Positions 19,382 to 28,978 of a DNA stretch of 49,998 bases are shown here, one piece after another. Source of the stretch: Leptolyngbyaceae cyanobacterium (GTDB lineage Bacteria; Cyanobacteriota; Cyanobacteriia; Phormidesmidales; Phormidesmidaceae); contig JBHJHA010000057.1 of NCBI GenBank assembly GCA_050331235.1, positions 1 through 49,998 of the forward strand, written 5' to 3'. Position 1 is the first letter of the stretch, and the number at the start of each line of letters is the position of its first letter. The position numbers and the translations under genes are program-made. Under the pieces are notes generated by a model that saw only the letters and a program-made list of their open reading frames with translations, was not told the origin of the DNA and made no database searches.

Positions 19382-21088
19382 TTAGCTCGTTTTTTCAATC
19401 AGTTTCGGCTCTACCACAGCCGCACCGGCGGATTGTTGCTCCACAATAGTGAGGGCCTGTTCCAGCGCTTGCTGGCGATCGCTCATCCAGTGGGCTTCCG
19501 GCAAAAGCTCACCGATGCCCAGCTTCTCTAGGCGTCGCTTCACCTTGCCCGTGGCTCCAACCACAATGACATCACGCTGATCGTCTATAGCTTCTTGCAC
19601 TGCATTTTCGAGGGCGAGGGAAGACGTCACCCCCAACACTGGCACCTCGCTCAAATCCAAAATCAGTACGTCGTAGGTGCCGATGGCGTCATGCTCCCGG
19701 GAAATCGCCTTAGCCACCCCAAAGATCATCGGTCCGCTCAGGTGAAACAGGAGGATGCGGCCATTGGCGGCATCCATGATTGCCTTTTCCTCCGGCTGCA
19801 GCACGATTTGATCATCGGCATCGGTAATCGTCTTTACCGACTCTGATTGAAGCTCTTCTAACCGGGCAATGGTCAAAATATTCGCAATAAACACGCCCAC
19901 GGCGACGGCCACCATCAGATCCACAAACACAGTGAGGGCAATCACACTGTAGACAATACCGGCGGCCTTCCAGGAAATTTTGTGAACTCGCTTGAGGAAT
20001 CCCCAGTCAATGATGTCGATACCCACCTTGAGCACGATCGCCGCCAGCACCGTCAAAGGAATACCAGCTGTGAGCGGCGCCGCCCACAGGACAACAATCA
20101 GCAAAATCAATGCGCGGCTAATGCCAGATAAGGCCGTGCGGCCCCCCGCTTGAATGTTGACCACCGTCGCCGTGGTGGCACCAGAACCAGCAATCCCCCC
20201 GCATAATCCCGTCACCAAGTTGGCAATGCCCTGGGCAATCAGTTCTTTGTTGGACTTGTGCTCATGGCGAGTCAAACTGTCAGACACCAAACACGTCAAC
20301 AGGCAATCGATGGACCCAACCATGCCCAGCACCATGGCGTTGACAAACATCAGTCGCAAGTTGCCCGCAGTAAAGGTCGGGAACTGAAAGTCGGGCAGTC
20401 CCGGCGTGATTTCCCCAATCGTGGCGATCGTGCGAATGTCCACGTTTTGCAAAAAGAGCAGCGCCACCACCGTGCCCACCACAAGGGCCACCAGCTGCGG
20501 CGGCATAAATTTCTTGAGCGATCGCGGATACAAAAACAAAATCAGCAGCGTCAGGATACCCAATCCCGTTTCCCAAGGATTCAAATTCGCGAGGAGCGTC
20601 GGCAGATTTTTGAGCACCCCTGGCACCCCACCCGCCGGAGTTTCTTGCCCTAAAAATGGGGCAATCTGTACAAAAATCAAGATCACGCCGATGCCCGTCA
20701 TAAAGCCAGAGATGACGTTGTAGGGCAGCATCGTAATGTAGCGGCCTAGCTTCAGCAGGCCAAATCCCATCTGAAACAGGCCCGCCAGCATCACCACCGT
20801 AAAGGCCATTGCCAAGCCATTCTCCGGGTCGCTGGCCGTCGTTTCTGCAATCACTGCTGTGACAATGACCGTCATGGGTCCCGTCGGCTCGGAGATCAGA
20901 CTCGGCGTCCCGCCAAAGAGCGAGGCAAAGAAGCCGACCAAAATCGCCCCCCACAAACCGGCGGCAGCACCTGCGCCCGAAGCGATACCAAAGGCTAGTG
21001 CCATGGGCAAAGCGACCACAGCAGCGGTGAGCCCCCCCAGAAAGTCCCCCCTCACATTACGGAAGTTAATCCGATTAGTAATAGCCAT
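19382..21088 (-). CDS. bicA: SulP-family Na+-dependent bicarbonate transporter BicA
   Basis: MAITNRINFRNVRGD N-terminus, SEPTGPMTV, and STAS domain HLSGPMIFGVAKAISREH. Confidence 0.85.
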   Translation of the reverse strand: MAITNRINFRNVRGDFLGGLTAAVVALPMALAFGIASGAGAAAGLWGAILVGFFASLFGGTPSLISEPTGPMTVIVTAVIAETTASDPENGLAMAFTVVMLAGLFQMGFGLLKLGRYITMLPYNVISGFMTGIGVILIFVQIAPFLGQETPAGGVPGVLKNLPTLLANLNPWETGLGILTLLILFLYPRSLKKFMPPQLVALVVGTVVALLFLQNVDIRTIATIGEITPGLPDFQFPTFTAGNLRLMFVNAMVLGMVGSIDCLLTCLVSDSLTRHEHKSNKELIAQGIANLVTGLCGGIAGSGATTATVVNIQAGGRTALSGISRALILLIVVLWAAPLTAGIPLTVLAAIVLKVGIDIIDWGFLKRVHKISWKAAGIVYSVIALTVFVDLMVAVAVGVFIANILTIARLEELQSESVKTITDADDQIVLQPEEKAIMDAANGRILLFHLSGPMIFGVAKAISREHDAIGTYDVLILDLSEVPVLGVTSSLALENAVQEAIDDQRDVIVVGATGKVKRRLEKLGIGELLPEAHWMSDRQQALEQALTIVEQQSAGAAVVEPKLIEKTS

Positions 21089-21141
21089 AGAAAAACCTAA
21101 AAGATAAACATAACTAAGGCAAACCTATCAGGCGATCGTCC

Positions 21142-22005
21142 TTAGCGAAAGAGCAGGACCGGCACTGGACTACTCCTCAATAACTGCATCGTCGTGCTGC
21201 CGATGACCAAATATCGAATCCGACTATGGCCATAAGCCCCCATCAGCAGCAAATGTATTTGATGGGTTTGGATATATTGAGTAATCACCGTTTCCGGTAC
21301 TCCCACTATCATCTGACAAATCGGATCAAATCCAGCATCTCGGGCCTGAATTGCAGCCGCCTGCAAATGCGCCTGGGCGGGCTCATCATCGGGATGCTCA
21401 GCCGCGATGACAATATGTAGCTTTAATTCCCGAAACGCTGGAGAGTTGAGGAGAAAATGCAGCATTTTCTGACCGCTATCACTGCCGTCATAGGCGAGCA
21501 ACAGTCGCTCAATGGGGACGTAGTCGCGGGACGTAATCAAACAAGGCTTGTGGCTCGATCGCGCAATCCGTTCCACATTGGCCCCTAGGTGATCCGCCGC
21601 AAAGTCGGCAGTCTCTCCACGTTTGCCCAAAATAATCAGATCAGCCTCTGCCTCAAAGCGCTGAAAAATATCCACCAAAAAGCCCGTCTCGTGGATCAGC
21701 TTGAGCGACGAGACTCCCGCCTGTTGCAGTCGCTGCTCCGCATCCTCGAGGACTAAGTGCGCAGTTTGCTGATTGAGCTTGGCCCTTTCATGCTCTAGGG
21801 CTACTAGCTGATTCAACAGTTCACGGGAGGCTCCAAGCCCGATCGCGCCACTAAAGTTGCCCGTAGAAACGACTTGTTGACTGCGAATATCGGAGACAAA
21901 CAGCACGTCTACGGATGCCTGCAATCGGTGGGCGAGCCAACCGGCATACTGATATCCCGTTTGGGCATAGCTGGAGCCATCAGTGCAAATCAAAATACGT
22001 TTCAT
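21142..22005 (-). CDS. tandem-domain universal stress protein
   Basis: ILICTDGS, GKRGE, LLAYDGS and MGAYGHSRIRYLVIGSTT motifs. Confidence 0.92.
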   Translation of the reverse strand: MKRILICTDGSSYAQTGYQYAGWLAHRLQASVDVLFVSDIRSQQVVSTGNFSGAIGLGASRELLNQLVALEHERAKLNQQTAHLVLEDAEQRLQQAGVSSLKLIHETGFLVDIFQRFEAEADLIILGKRGETADFAADHLGANVERIARSSHKPCLITSRDYVPIERLLLAYDGSDSGQKMLHFLLNSPAFRELKLHIVIAAEHPDDEPAQAHLQAAAIQARDAGFDPICQMIVGVPETVITQYIQTHQIHLLLMGAYGHSRIRYLVIGSTTMQLLRSSPVPVLLFR

Positions 22006-22016
22006 CAAATCAAGCC

Positions 22017-23522
22017 CTAATGGCTGGCAGATTTCTTGAGGGCGTCTGGCTGGTTGTGAATGGCTAATCGATTGAGCAGCGCTTGGCTGGCTTCATTCAG
22101 CCCTAACAAATCGACATCCGCCCCACGACGGCGAAACTTGAGTACGACCCGGTCAATAGCATTCACTGCGGCTTGATCCCAAAGGTGGGCATGGGTCAAG
22201 TCAACGATGACGTGATCCAATTCTTCCTCAAAATTGAAGCACTTGAGAAAGTCTTCAACCGATACGAAAAAGAGCTGACCCGCCACTTTGTAAGTTCGCG
22301 ATCGGCCATCGGCGCTGAGCACCGTATCCACAAAGACCACTTGAGCAATCTTGCGAGAAAAGAAGACCGTACTCAGGGCAATGCCCACCATCACTCCAAT
22401 GGCTAAGTTGTGGCTAAACACGGTGATCAATACCGTAGTCACCATAACCGCTGTCTCACTGCGGGGAATGCGGCGAATATTTTTGATCGAGGACCAGTTA
22501 AACGTGCCGATGGCAACCATGATCATCACCGCCACCAATGCCGCCATGGGAATCTGGCTCACCCAGCGCCCCAGCACCAGAATGAAGAACAACAGCAGCA
22601 CGCCGGCGGCAAATGTCGAGAGCCGTTTGCGCCCGCCGGATTGAATATTGATTACCGATTGGCCAATCATGGCGCAACCCGCCATCCCCCCAAAACATCC
22701 GGCAATAATGTTGGCAATCCCCTGTCCCCGCGCCTCCCGATTTTTATCACTGGGGGTATCTGTCAGCTCATCTACCAAAGACGCTGTGAGCAACGATTCC
22801 AACAGGCCCACTGTTGCCAAAGTCGCCGCCACGGGGAAAATAATCTGCAAGGTTTCCAACGTTAACGGCACCTGCGGCCAATGAAACACCGGCAGGGTCG
22901 CTGGGAGCCCACCTCGGTCCATATCTCCCACAGTGGGAACGTCGAGCCCGAGGGCCAATGCTGCCACTGTGAGCACCACGATCGCCACTAATGGCGACGG
23001 CACCAACTGCGTGATCTGAGGCAGTCCGTAGAAGATAGCAAGACCGCTCCCCACCATCAAATAAACCACCCAAGACGCCCCAGTCAACTGCGGCAGTTGG
23101 GCCATAAAAATTAGAATGGCTAAGGCATTTACAAATCCGACCATCACCGCCCGGGGAACAAATTTCATTTGTTTGGCCAGCTTGCAAACCCCAAACCCAA
23201 TTTGCAGGATGCCAGTGAGGATAGTGGTCGCAAATAGGTATTCCAGGCCGTAGTCTTTGACCAAATACACCATCAGCAGCGCCATCGCCCCCGTAGCAGC
23301 AGAAATCAAACCCGGTCGTCCCCCGACGATGGCCGTTACCACCGCAATGATAAACGAGGCATAGAGCCCGACTTGAGGCTCAACCCCAGCAATAATAGAA
23401 AACGCGATCGCTTCAGGAATCAGTGCTAGCGCCACCACCGTACCCGCCAATAAGTCGCGCGGCACATTCGAAAACCAGTTACGGCGCAACTGCGTTGCAT
23501 TAAACCAGGTACTGATTGTCAA
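22017..23522 (-). CDS. SulP-family inorganic anion transporter
   Basis: [27 protein letters not shown] and GCAMIGQS motifs, short STAS domain; TTG start with GAGGAGG Shine-Dalgarno. Confidence 0.92.
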   Translation of the reverse strand: MTISTWFNATQLRRNWFSNVPRDLLAGTVVALALIPEAIAFSIIAGVEPQVGLYASFIIAVVTAIVGGRPGLISAATGAMALLMVYLVKDYGLEYLFATTILTGILQIGFGVCKLAKQMKFVPRAVMVGFVNALAILIFMAQLPQLTGASWVVYLMVGSGLAIFYGLPQITQLVPSPLVAIVVLTVAALALGLDVPTVGDMDRGGLPATLPVFHWPQVPLTLETLQIIFPVAATLATVGLLESLLTASLVDELTDTPSDKNREARGQGIANIIAGCFGGMAGCAMIGQSVINIQSGGRKRLSTFAAGVLLLFFILVLGRWVSQIPMAALVAVMIMVAIGTFNWSSIKNIRRIPRSETAVMVTTVLITVFSHNLAIGVMVGIALSTVFFSRKIAQVVFVDTVLSADGRSRTYKVAGQLFFVSVEDFLKCFNFEEELDHVIVDLTHAHLWDQAAVNAIDRVVLKFRRRGADVDLLGLNEASQALLNRLAIHNQPDALKKSASH

Positions 23523-23833
23523 AGTGACCTCCTCGCCAATACCGTTGGCTGATCAAAGTTCCGTGGGTCAGTGCGCTGCGTATTGGCCAGTGCGCGGCAA
23601 GCCATGCCCTTCTCATTTTTCACCGTCACTCATATCAGCAGCCGAGCGACAGGCACACCAGCGTACTGTCAAGGAGTAAAAATTTTGTCTATCAAAGCCC
23701 TGAGTTCAGGCAATGTTGCTTCTACTATGCCGAAGCCCCAAGAATTTCTCAAGTCTGGGCAAATATTGACGGAGTCACCTCAGCGCAGACCTTTCAAACC
23801 GCCTGATTGTCATCATTTGCTCACCCGTTGAGA

Positions 23834-25279
23834 TTAGTGATTGGTTTCGCGCTGAGGATTCCTCGAGGGAATGAGTAAACAAATTACCATGATAGGCAAT
23901 CCAGCGCAGGCATACAGGCCCAACTGATAACTACCAAATAGATCGTTGCAAAGGGCCAAGAATGAAGGACCGATCGCACTGGCAATCACCAGCGTCATCA
24001 TTTCCACCCCAGCGATCGCGCCCAGCTGCTGCCGGCCAAAGTAGCGCGGCATCGTCACCGCTGACAGGGTGCCAAAGCAGCCACCGGTCAGCCCCAAACC
24101 GGCGATCGCCACTAGCCGCAACAGCGGTTGCGCTAGATGCGCTATGCCCAGCAGCCCAATGGTTTCAAACACCATCATGGCGATGAACAGTCGTTGCAGT
24201 TCCAGCCGATCAGACAGGAGACCAATCACATAGCCCGTTGCGGTTGAAATGATCCCAATCGGCAAAAATAGCGCCACTGTTTGAGTGGGAGACAGCGCCG
24301 CCGCCGCTCCAATGTCGACAATGTGAAACGTAATGCCGGTGATCGTCAAGGCTTGAGTTGCCAAGGCTAACGTTACTGCCCAAAAAGCCAGCGTTTGCAA
24401 CGCTTGACGACGGGTAAAATCCCGAGGCGTCGGTATGGGGTACGGCTCACTTTGGGGAGGGGGCGTCAGGGTTGCTGAAGCTTCCGAACCAGGACGATCC
24501 CCCAGTTCAGGTACTGGTGCTTTCATGGCAGCGCCATCCATCACAAGACCGCATTCCTCTGGGTTGTCACGAAAGCAGAGCCAGCCGATCGCCCCCATGC
24601 CAATGCCCACCAGTGCCGCCAAGCACAACCACCCCCCCCGCCAAACATACTCACGAATCAAGAAGCTCAATAGCAAGGGGGCCGATGAAAAGCCGAAGGA
24701 CACAAATATACCAGAAATGCCTGAGGCCATCCCCCGCCGCCGATCAAACCATTTACCTAAGGTGGTGCGGCTCACCATGGTCAACATCCCCTGACCGCTA
24801 AATCGGAGGCTGACAAAGCCTAGACACAGGAGCCCAAAAGACACTGGCAGCGGCGACGCGAGCGTTAGTAAATGACTCAACCCCAGGGCCAGGCGATCGC
24901 AGAGACTCAAATAAACTAGCGTGAGCGCCAACCATAGCGATGACAAAATCACCACCAAACGGGCCCCAACGCGATCAATAAACACGCCCCCTAGCGGCAA
25001 CAGCAAGCCACTGGTTAGCGTGCCAATCAAGTAGGCATTGCTCAAGGCCAATCGCGAGAGCCCCGTCGCAGCCAGCAAATGATCAGTAAAGATGCTGACC
25101 CCAGCCGTTTGCCCTGGAATACTCATGAGGATGCCAAGGGTCGTGGCGGCCAAAATCACCCAACCGTAAAACCCAGGCCAGCGCTTAGGCGCAAAGGGAA
25201 AATTGGGAGAGAGCCATCGCGATCGCTGAAGCGCTTCCACCCTTCGAACTACCGCCGAGGCAATCAACAATGACGGCAA
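23834..25279 (-). CDS. MFS transporter
   Basis: About 12 hydrophobic segments; GVFIDRVGAR motif A and KWFDRRRG. Confidence 0.85.
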   Translation of the reverse strand: MPSLLIASAVVRRVEALQRSRWLSPNFPFAPKRWPGFYGWVILAATTLGILMSIPGQTAGVSIFTDHLLAATGLSRLALSNAYLIGTLTSGLLLPLGGVFIDRVGARLVVILSSLWLALTLVYLSLCDRLALGLSHLLTLASPLPVSFGLLCLGFVSLRFSGQGMLTMVSRTTLGKWFDRRRGMASGISGIFVSFGFSSAPLLLSFLIREYVWRGGWLCLAALVGIGMGAIGWLCFRDNPEECGLVMDGAAMKAPVPELGDRPGSEASATLTPPPQSEPYPIPTPRDFTRRQALQTLAFWAVTLALATQALTITGITFHIVDIGAAAALSPTQTVALFLPIGIISTATGYVIGLLSDRLELQRLFIAMMVFETIGLLGIAHLAQPLLRLVAIAGLGLTGGCFGTLSAVTMPRYFGRQQLGAIAGVEMMTLVIASAIGPSFLALCNDLFGSYQLGLYACAGLPIMVICLLIPSRNPQRETNH

Positions 25280-25381
25280 GGAGCCCCCCTAACTTATCAA
25301 CATACTCACCCAATGAGCCAGCGGCATGAATACTATTTGAGAGTGTGACACGAATCTCCAATCGCGAACACCCGGCTATCC

Positions 25382-27211
25382 TCACTCCTCTGAGGTCATG
25401 ACGCCTTTCAAGGCTTGCGGCTCCGAAGGCGGAATACCATTAAGCACCACTAACGATTCCATAACGCTTTTGACTAACGGTGCCGCGACGGTGCCGCCAT
25501 AGGCATTCTCACCGGACGGCTCATCAATCACCGCCAGCACCACATATTGGGGGTCTTCCACCGGCAGCAAACCGACAAAGCTAGTAATGCGGCCATAGCC
25601 GTAGCCCCCAGATTCATTGACCTTTTGGGCAGTTCCCGTTTTACCAGCGATGCGATAGCCAGGTATCTGCGCCGCTTCGCCAGTGCCATCCTTGACAACA
25701 GCCTCCATCATTTTGAGCACAGCATCGCTGGTCACCTGGGAAAAAACCCGTTGTGGAGTTGGTCGAGCCGGTTCCCAAGTCGGGATACCACGATCATTCA
25801 CCATGTTTTCGATCACCGTCGGCGTCACCAGATAGCCGCCATTAGCGATCGCCGCCTGCAGCTGCAACAGCTTGATGGGGGTAATCACCAGTCCTTGCCC
25901 GAAAGCCGCTGTGGCCATATCAACCCAACTGTTGACAAACTGGTCACGATCTTTCAAAGGACCGGCATTTTCCGCTGGCAGGCCAATACCGGTGGGCTGG
26001 TCGAGTTTTAATTTCTCCATCCAGCCATAAAACTCTTCCGGTGCCAGTTGGTCCATGATGTGCACCATGCCGACGTTACTGGAGTATTTCAACACCTCAG
26101 CAATGGTCAGTGTCCCACTCCGCCCTGAGGACTCATAGTCAGAGTTTTGAATCGTCCATTCCCCAATGCGAATTTGGCCTTCGTCATACACCGTATCGTC
26201 TGGTTGAATAGCACCGGCTTCTAGGGCGATCGCGACATTGACCGGTTTGAACGTTGAACCCGGCTCGTACAAATCGGTAATGGCCCAATTTTTCAGCCAA
26301 GCAAGCTCCGCATCAAAATATCGATTGGGGTCAAACGTGGGCTCCACAGCGAACGCCTTGATCGCGCCGGTGTGGACATCCATCACCATGACGGCTCCCC
26401 GCTTAGCAGCAAACTCTCGCAGGGTCTGTCGTAGGCTCTCTTGAGCGACCCGCTGTAGCCGACTGTCGAGGGTCAACTGTAGCTGCTGGGGTGCAGACTC
26501 CGCCGGCAGGTTAGAAATCGGCAACGTTGGACCGACGACAAAGGGCACCTTCGGCGTTGGCAAGCGGAGCTGGTCCTTGTACTCAGACTCCAGACCCGTT
26601 TGTGCCTCCCCTTCTAAGTTGATGAAACCCACCACCTGCGAAAACAGATCCTGCTGCGGATAAAATCGCTGCTGGGCTGGGATCAACTCCAAGCCGTCGA
26701 GCCGCAGCCGTTGAATGCGGCGAGCGGTGTCTTCAGACAAACCATCACTGAGACGGACCCCCGTCTTTTGACTTTTGAGCTGTTCTGCCAAAGCCGCGGA
26801 TGGCATTTCTAAAACGGGAGCCAGGGTTTGCGCCACAACGCCAATCGGCTGGCGAAACAAGGCGGGATGACCATACAGGGTATACACCAACCGATCTACT
26901 GCCAGCGGCGTACCCTGGGTATCAACAATCGGGCGACGGGCCATGCCTGGCTCCAAGCGACGGGCCTGCTGATCGCGCGCCATGGCCTGTAGGGCATCGC
27001 CTTGGGCCAATTGCAAATAGGCGAGTCGTCCCATCAGGCCGAGGGCGGCCACCAGCAATACCACCCAAATCAGCCCAATGCGAAAGACGAGACGTTCTTT
27101 GGTCGATCGCCCTTGGGGCAAGGTAGAGGGCGATTTAACAGAGCGACTGCGAGGGCGACGACCAGATCTGCGGCGCTGACGCTTGACCGAGCGAGAATAT
27201 CCCATTGGCAA
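25382..27211 (-). CDS. ftsI: class B penicillin-binding protein (FtsI/PBP3-like)
   Basis: N-terminal TM; EPGSTFK (SxxK), SSN and KTGTAQK motifs. Confidence 0.88.
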   Translation of the reverse strand: MPMGYSRSVKRQRRRSGRRPRSRSVKSPSTLPQGRSTKERLVFRIGLIWVVLLVAALGLMGRLAYLQLAQGDALQAMARDQQARRLEPGMARRPIVDTQGTPLAVDRLVYTLYGHPALFRQPIGVVAQTLAPVLEMPSAALAEQLKSQKTGVRLSDGLSEDTARRIQRLRLDGLELIPAQQRFYPQQDLFSQVVGFINLEGEAQTGLESEYKDQLRLPTPKVPFVVGPTLPISNLPAESAPQQLQLTLDSRLQRVAQESLRQTLREFAAKRGAVMVMDVHTGAIKAFAVEPTFDPNRYFDAELAWLKNWAITDLYEPGSTFKPVNVAIALEAGAIQPDDTVYDEGQIRIGEWTIQNSDYESSGRSGTLTIAEVLKYSSNVGMVHIMDQLAPEEFYGWMEKLKLDQPTGIGLPAENAGPLKDRDQFVNSWVDMATAAFGQGLVITPIKLLQLQAAIANGGYLVTPTVIENMVNDRGIPTWEPARPTPQRVFSQVTSDAVLKMMEAVVKDGTGEAAQIPGYRIAGKTGTAQKVNESGGYGYGRITSFVGLLPVEDPQYVVLAVIDEPSGENAYGGTVAAPLVKSVMESLVVLNGIPPSEPQALKGVMTSEE

Positions 27212-27233
27212 ACCTCAAATGCAGCAGAGTAAT

Positions 27234-27746
27234 CTAATAACCCTTGGGAAAAAAGCGTCGTTCCGGCGGTGACGTTACCTCCTGAGGCGCGGCTGCGTCA
27301 TCCATTACCGATGTTGGTAGCGGTTCCGCCTCTAAAAAGATGACATCGGAGGGATGTAGCATTCCGGCATTTAAAGCCGCGATCGCGGTTTGAGCCAAAT
27401 GGTTTTTAAATACTGCGTTTGCTGTGATTAGCTGCTGCTGGTGATCTTGCAGCCGCCCTAGCGTCGCCGTCGCAGCGGTCAAACGACGGTTGTTATCCAC
27501 CGTTAGCGCATAGGCAGACAGGGCACCGGTCACCGCTACACCAGCAACCACCAAGGAGAGCCGCTGACCAGCAATCAGCAACTTAAGCCACAGGGGGCGT
27601 TCTCGCTGGCTGGGTAAGGGCAATGCCACCGGAGATGCCGCCGCCTGGGGAACGGGTACAACGGTCAGCCGACGCGGCTTCGTAGTTTGGCCTCGGGTAG
27701 ACCGACGGGGTAAAACCACTGATTCAGTTTTTAAGGCCGCTGGCAT
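27234..27746 (-). CDS. single-TM coiled-coil protein, FtsL-like
   Basis: Cytoplasmic N-terminus, one TM, coiled coil, C-terminal PKGY; immediately upstream of ftsI. Confidence 0.6.
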   Translation of the reverse strand: MPAALKTESVVLPRRSTRGQTTKPRRLTVVPVPQAAASPVALPLPSQRERPLWLKLLIAGQRLSLVVAGVAVTGALSAYALTVDNNRRLTAATATLGRLQDHQQQLITANAVFKNHLAQTAIAALNAGMLHPSDVIFLEAEPLPTSVMDDAAAPQEVTSPPERRFFPKGY

Positions 27747-28004
27747 CTTGCTCTTACTCCGATCCAATCACACCCTTCAGCTAGGACTCACTTCAAAGCG
27801 CGTCCTCAGATTCAGCGACATAGTAGCGTGCTCACCACTAGTCAGCAAGCATTTTGCCTGCTAATCAGCTAGGTCTTTTCACTAGCTTCCATAAAATAGC
27901 TCAAGGTGCGCGATCTGAACCGTTCTTGCCGAAATTTGACAGTTCTCCTGACCTGCCAAACCGTGTAGCCGATCACCAGCTGTGAACTTCTATACAGGCA
28001 GCCT

Positions 28005-28565
28005 CTACTGCACCTGCAAGACCACGGGCTCATTGGGCTCAATGATGACGACCCGCTGCGCGGTAATATTGCCCACGGCCACCCCTGCCGCCGCCCCCCC
28101 TAAAATCTCCAAAATGCAAATGCCGTCTCCAATAACAGCTCCAATCACAGCTCCCCCGGCGGCGCCAATGGCGGCATCACCAGCGATCGCCCGCGTTGAA
28201 GTTTCACGTGGGTCTTTCACATCGGGCAGCAGCTCAGAGCTAGCGGCCAAAGACTGCTGAAAGCCACCGGCTGAGACACCTGTGGCCACATAGCGCAGTC
28301 CTCCCGAAACCGGCTCCAGTCGCCCTTGAATGACTGTCCCGGCCGGTAGCTGTCGTCCATTGACCGTCACGGCAGTTTCCACGACCAACGGCAGTTCATA
28401 GGCCGTATCCGGCTGAAAATAGAGCGTTTCTTCGCTTTGAGTCATCACCCGAATCTGAGCGATCGCCCGTGATGGCCCAACTTGGGCTCGGGCAGACATC
28501 GGCACAGCACAGGGCAGTAATGGCGCCACCAATAACGGCATCAGACTAATCGTTCGAGTCAGCAT
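28005..28565 (-). CDS. secreted hypothetical protein with glycine-zipper motif
   Basis: Signal peptide; GAAGGAVIGAVIG...GGAAAGVAVG; GGAGG SD before the ATG at 28565. Confidence 0.7.
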   Translation of the reverse strand: MLTRTISLMPLLVAPLLPCAVPMSARAQVGPSRAIAQIRVMTQSEETLYFQPDTAYELPLVVETAVTVNGRQLPAGTVIQGRLEPVSGGLRYVATGVSAGGFQQSLAASSELLPDVKDPRETSTRAIAGDAAIGAAGGAVIGAVIGDGICILEILGGAAAGVAVGNITAQRVVIIEPNEPVVLQVQ

Positions 28566-28727
28566 CCCTGCCTCCAAACCATAGAAAATTGCTAAGTTCT
28601 GGCCCTGATTGCACATGATCCCCGGCCAGATATTGATTGAAGACGCGGGTTAACCCAGAAAAGTTCTCTAGACGCTCCGAAGATCCTTTTGGCATCACCA
28701 CGCTGCAGCACGGGCAACCATGGTGTA

Positions 28728-28905
28728 ATACCGATTTTGCAGGCAAGCGTTACAGATCAAGGATCCCCTGCTGCTGCCCCCTCTTTAAAGAGGGATTATT
28801 CAGCACCTGGATTTTCTTGCTCCCTTTTGCCAAGGGATGGGGGGATCGCTCCAGCAAATGCATCTGCAGTGTGGTTTCAGAAATTCGGTTTCAGAGAATT
28901 GGTAT
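28728..28905. mobile_element. degenerate MITE-like / short interspersed palindromic element
   Basis: Imperfect terminal inverted repeats (ATACCGATTTT.../...AGAATTGGTAT), inner CAGAT/ATCTG and GATCCCC/GGGGATC inverted repeats, internal CCCTCTTTAAAGAGGG and TCCCTT..AAGGGA hairpins; no credible ORF. Confidence 0.5.
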
Positions 28906-28978
28906 AGGCCCTAATGAAAAATAGGGAGCAGGCTGAGCGACTCCCCAAACGGTTCTTGAATTCCTGACAGAACTCAGT

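Noticed and set aside
28637..28924. 95-aa and 72-aa plus-strand ORFs
   Set aside because: They run through the palindromic MITE-like element and are likely spurious.
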